Assembly: GCA_964016885.1 (NCBI GenBank)
Contig: CAXHJY010001292.1
Location: forward strand, 1-46,315
Origin: Eledone cirrhosa
Taxonomy: Eukaryota
Reading direction: 5' to 3'
Length of the DNA stretch: 46,315 nucleotides
Part shown: positions 41,636-46,315 of the stretch, one piece after another
Numbering within the stretch: the first letter of the stretch is position 1
Layout: every line of letters starts with the position of its first letter
The notes under the pieces: generated by a model
Told to the model about the DNA's origin: nothing
What the model saw: the letters and a program-made list of their open reading frames with translations, nothing else
The model's database searches: none
Translations under genes and position numbers: made by a program

Positions 41636-42213
41636 GACAGACGTGAGAACGAGAACTTAATACCGAAGTACAGTTTAATAACTTTATTTATTATGGTTTA
41701 GCGATGCTTACTTTTACTCTGGAGATTCACTTGTGTACTCATAGCAAATGTTGAATGTCCTAAATTCTTTAGAGCCTAGACATGCCAAGCCTTATATACC
41801 AATATTACTGGATATAAAAAAAACGGGAAATTTGAGTTTTGATAAATTTACGGTTAACGTGAGAGAAATCCTAGAGGTTATGTTGATTACTAACACGTGG
41901 AATGGGTTAAATATGAAAAAAAGGATATTATAGAAAGGATATTTCTAGGATCTTATTACATGAATGTTCAGCATATATGTACAAAAAACATACATGATGA
42001 AATGTATATATAACTTTGGAGGAATAACTATTTAGAGAGACAAGTGTTGGTTAGAACCCAGGACCTTGTGATTGGAAAGCTAACTTCTTATTCTATAGCA
42101 GAGAGTGTGTGCATTTGTAAGTGTAAATTTGAAAGATTTATTGACAGATATATACACATATATATAAATTAAAGATATACTCAAAAGACGGCCAACGATA
42201 TATACTCTTATTT

Positions 42214-42244
<31 letters not shown>

Positions 42245-42307
42245 CCCAGATACATTCAAAAGACCGTCAACGATCTATAACCCTTATTATACATTATATC
42301 TCTCTAT

Positions 42308-42612
42308 CTATGGCTTGTAAAATTCCCGAGATCCATGGACGAGTTCTCTCCAGCGGTTTCTGTCTCTCATTATCGGTGCCATGACCTGCGTCTCCAAGAG
42401 ACCAGTGTTTCTCCTTAGGACATCAACATAGGTCAACCTCGGTCTTCCTCTTCTAGTGTGTCCATGTAGAGGATCCCACAGGAGCACCGAGTGCAGTGTC
42501 AACTCTGGATGCTGGTGAACATATCCAGCTAACCTCAGTCACCTCTGTACTACTCTCGAGCTGACTTTTGGGAGGCTCCCGTACAGCTCAGTTCTTCATC
42601 CTCAGTGTATAG
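42308..42612 (-). mobile_element. Second 5'-truncated copy of the RTE family at 19706-20197
   Basis: [30 protein letters not shown]...[18 protein letters not shown], colinear with the first copy. Confidence 0.92.
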
Positions 42613-45320
42613 CTGGCTTTACTATATACATACATACATACATACAGTATACACAAACACACGTGGCATGTTATTGTGGTTGATATTTATGCTCACCAAA
42701 CGAAGTCAATGAAGGATGACAACTAAAAATAAATCAATTATTTTTCTGTTTTTCCGATGTATTGACACACCAGATTTCCAATTAACAAAACTCGTGAATC
42801 AAAAGCAACACAATATCAGGAAGAATAATCTGATCTTATAGTTTCTCTTTTACTGCCAGTCTGTTAAACATATAATACCTTTGAGCCGGGTCTGAAGTGG
42901 ACCAATAATTGTATGCATGTGTGTTTTACAACAAGTACCACATAATTACCATAAGTAGTTTTGTTTTTAAAAAGTCCCCCCCAACAACAACAACAACGAA
43001 TAAAACCGAGTAAAATAACAAATATGATATTTTAAAAACCAGATATACCATATGTCAGCATTGCTTCCGGTATGTGTTCTTTTCCGGTGTTAAAATCTCG
43101 CATATGACGTTTTATTTCAAACATATTTTAAGTAATTAAAAGTTTTAAATTCCCATAGTTGTGTGTATATAGAGTATGACAAATCTTTCGGCTTTAGATT
43201 TCATTTATGAAATGGTCTAATTTATCCTTGTTGTAGTTGCTATCGTCATAATCGTCGTCGTCGTTGTTGTTTATTTGTACATATTAACGGATATAAGACC
43301 TCAGCTGGGGCGGAGTAGAAACGATATCACATTAATAACAGAAAGTGGTGACCCATGTTTCCTTTAAATATTTCCATTTTCTGAACATAAAGTTTCATAT
43401 TTTGAGTAGGAATATTTTAAATTCAAGACTACTGCGCGTCAACATTCAATGTTACTGAGTGGCACATTTTGTTGTGTGCGGCACAAATACAGTGGCTCTA
43501 CGACTGTACACCCCGGAAGAAGAGTTGGTAGTCTTGGTAGTCTCAACGGTTCATATTCTACAAGCGTCCTAGATCTACAAGAAACTCTTCCCTCTTCTCA
43601 CTCGTTGATTACAACTTAGCTGCTCTATTACTTGATGTCAATATTAGTTATCTCCCTTTCTCCGACATTCCTAACTGGGCAGACTATTGGCCACAGGCAT
43701 TAAATCTGAAACCATTATATCGTTTTCAGGAATAATGTATCTCCCTAGACTATCAAATAGTATACCATTACTGCCAACTTTTTTAAGATCGGAGGATGTG
43801 GTTGGAGTTAAATTTTGATGCTATTTCTAATCGGTCAACTGACCTTCAAAAAGACTCCTAGTTGTAGCTGTTGTTGTTGTTTAACCTCAGCCCAGTCCTA
43901 ATCGAACCTACCAGTGATCAATGACATTGTAGTCACGAGGAATAATTGGACGTCAAAAATTATATCAATACGAAATATGAAATTTTACTGGTCGGAAATC
44001 TAAAAATATATTTTAATCAATTGTTCAATTTTATCTAAATACACTCAGTCAACAAGAGGGAGACTAGCATCTGAGTTGGTATCCGGAATGTGAGCTACAG
44101 CAATGTTATGCTTACATTATTGATAAACTTTCCGTTCACATATAATGTTTTCAAGACTTATAATATACTTAGCTGAAAGCTCTAAGAATTTAAACCGAAA
44201 AAAATCAAAAACAAATCAGCCAAAAGCACTCATATAAAAATAACAACAACAACACTTTAAAAAAAAATATAGGAAAGAATTAACAATAGTACTGAAAGTC
44301 AGTATATTGATTAGTAAATACATTCACCAAATAGTACGTTCTATAAGTCACTCTTCATGAAAGTATATTTGTACGAATTCACGGAGGTGAAAACAAACCT
44401 TTATGTGAAATTTTAATGTCTCTTAAGTTACGTGATTGATAGTTTCACCGTAAAGAAATCAATCTTTACTAACATGACAGCCGCAGTGACAAAAATATTT
44501 CATTGAGAGCAGCCGATACAAGATGGTGCTTAACAAATAGTATGAACAAATATTTCTTACAGTTTAGGAAACGGAAGTAATCGTCAGTAACAGGAAATAT
44601 CTTTTTCGATGATATAAATTCAGGAAAATAGGAGAGTTATTCAGTTATTCGAAGGAAATATCATTTTTGTGTATGTATAACATACAGCTTCCCACACGCA
44701 CATAAAAGCAGACACACACACACACACACACATACACACACACAGAGGAAGGCACACACACAGAGGCAGACATACACACAGAGGCAGACACACATACACA
44801 GCCATCCGCACGCGCACAACTATCCGCTCCCCCTCATAAGTATGTAAAGTATATATATATATGTGCATATATATATATATCTAAATGTATATATACATAA
44901 ATATATATGTATAGATATAAATGTATAGACATAAATGTATATATGTATCTCTCTCACTCACTATATATATATATATATAGTTATTCAAGCATATTTCTAC
45001 ACAACAGCCACACGTATAGAAATGTGGGTGGTCTTCTGATAATAGATAAGTATATAAAGTAAATTGAATTATAAACAAATGAAAATAAAATAGATTATAT
45101 GAAACGGAATAATAAATGATAAAACTGAATTTTTACGAATAAATGATTTCTGGAAAACCTAATATATACATAGTTGGTACTGCAGGATATATATATATAT
45201 ATATATATATGAGTGTATGGTAGAGGGAGAAAGACTGGAGGAGGTTTAGGATGCTTGTATCTCTGCTGACAACGAGCGGTTTCTTGTAACGAGGGAGGGG
45301 TAAGCTGTCTATATTATAGA

Positions 45321-45626
45321 CAGCTTCTCAAACTATCTGATGTGGCGGACCGGCATTTTTTTGTCCAATGTGCCACGTACCGCTAATATTTCGTAGTAAT
45401 ATTAATTTATACCGGAAACGATGTATATAATGAATATAATAATAGTTGACCATTTTTTTATCTTCTATTTATTTTGTAAACAAATAATACAATATCAAAA
45501 CATATAAAAAAGCAATAAAAAAAATTCATCAAATGATTCCTTAGCGCCTGGACACTGGCCGCGTACCGGTAGCTGATGGCTCGCGTACCGGCACCGGTCC
45601 GCGGACCACCACTTTGAGTAGCACTG
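45321..45626. mobile_element. hAT (Charlie-like) MITE
   Basis: Right end ccggtccgcggaccaccactttgagtagcactg and left end cagcttctcaaacta...gcggaccggc. Repeated subterminal gtaccgg/ggaccgg motifs, AT-rich interior, gtcta-type flank. Confidence 0.8.
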
Positions 45627-45640
45627 GTCTATAATATGCT

Positions 45641-45840
45641 ACGGGCGAGCGGTGATGCTGTGTAGCAAAGAGATATAGACTCTGACTGCTGAGGACGTGG
45701 GACATGTATGCTGCGACGTGTGTGGCGTGGACAAACTGAGATGGGAAATCTGTATGGGAGGAACCTAATGTGTGCATGAGGGAGGACTGCGAGGGTAATG
45801 GACATGTGATGTGGAGGTAGACAGATGAATAAGATGGAGC
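45641..45840 (+). mobile_element. Degenerate RTE LINE thumb-region fragment
   Basis: RAVMLCSKEI*TLTAED ([12 protein letters not shown]-like) and gactgcgagggtaatggacatgtgatg (LRWYGHVM-like). Confidence 0.55.
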
Positions 45841-46059
45841 AGAAAATATCTCCATGGTAGAGCGGTATTTGTTCCGACGTTTTGCTTACTTAGCTTAAAC
45901 CCCGCTATGATTCATTTTCAGTGACAGACATAATCCATCTCCATGTTTAACACCAGAACCTGACTGAGGTGTCAGAGATGTTCACTCTGATGTAAGCATT
46001 CAGGCCATATCTCGGATTTGAGGATGTCTTCTTCCTTGCCTCATTCCCTCTCATGTTTT

Positions 46060-46104
46060 GGAAAGTGCAGTTCCTATAACAATGTTATGGGAACTGCACT
46101 TTCC
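46060..46104. repeat. Near-perfect 45-bp palindrome
   Basis: ggaaagtgcagttcctataaca-a-tgttatgggaactgcactttcc, one mismatch. Confidence 0.93.
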
Positions 46105-46315
46105 TTCTGAATACGGAGTTAAACATGAGGGGGTTGTCATAGCTAGTAAAACCCCTTTAATAATAGGTCAGCCAGATCTGGACTGACCTGGGAATAAACC
46201 ACCACCACCACACCAACAACAATTTCAGCAAAGATACAAAGAAAAGCAAGGAAATATAAGTTGTAGTTTACAACGTTAAGAGATAGAAGTTGTAGGTTGT
46301 GTAACTAAAAGAGAG

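Noticed and set aside
43060-43520. Promoter suggested by ETS-like (ttccgg/ccggaag) and GC-box (ggggcggag) motifs
   Set aside because: Short motifs in AT-rich sequence with no associated exon; compatible with chance.
46060-46104. Resemblance of agttcctata...ggaact to an FRT recombination site
   Set aside because: The spacer and outer bases differ from FRT and there is no vector or recombinase context.

Overview
AT-rich, very microsatellite-dense eukaryotic DNA that is almost entirely non-coding. The SINE families and the density of (TA)n/(GA)n/(CA)n tracts suggest an octopus or other coleoid cephalopod; this is an inference from recalled repeat motifs, not a database match. Nearly all ORFs in the track are artefacts of simple repeats. 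Supported content: at least seven RTE-clade LINE remnants, many tRNA-derived SINE copies from about three families, several Tc1/mariner and hAT-type MITEs, minisatellites and fold-back palindromes. The most interesting signals are: (1) a ~183-bp dispersed element, four copies, carrying a minimal hammerhead-ribozyme motif with compensatory changes in stem II, as in Penelope-like elements; (2) a 12 x 45-bp array built from a SINE Pol III A-box head; (3) a cluster of fold-back inversions beside kilobase (TA)n arrays; (4) a candidate chain of small exons on the minus strand that would begin MARYIHQTWREINSANFQYPGHP. No CRISPR array, rRNA, genuine tRNA or recognisable host gene could be supported. 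Boundaries of degenerate repeats are approximate.
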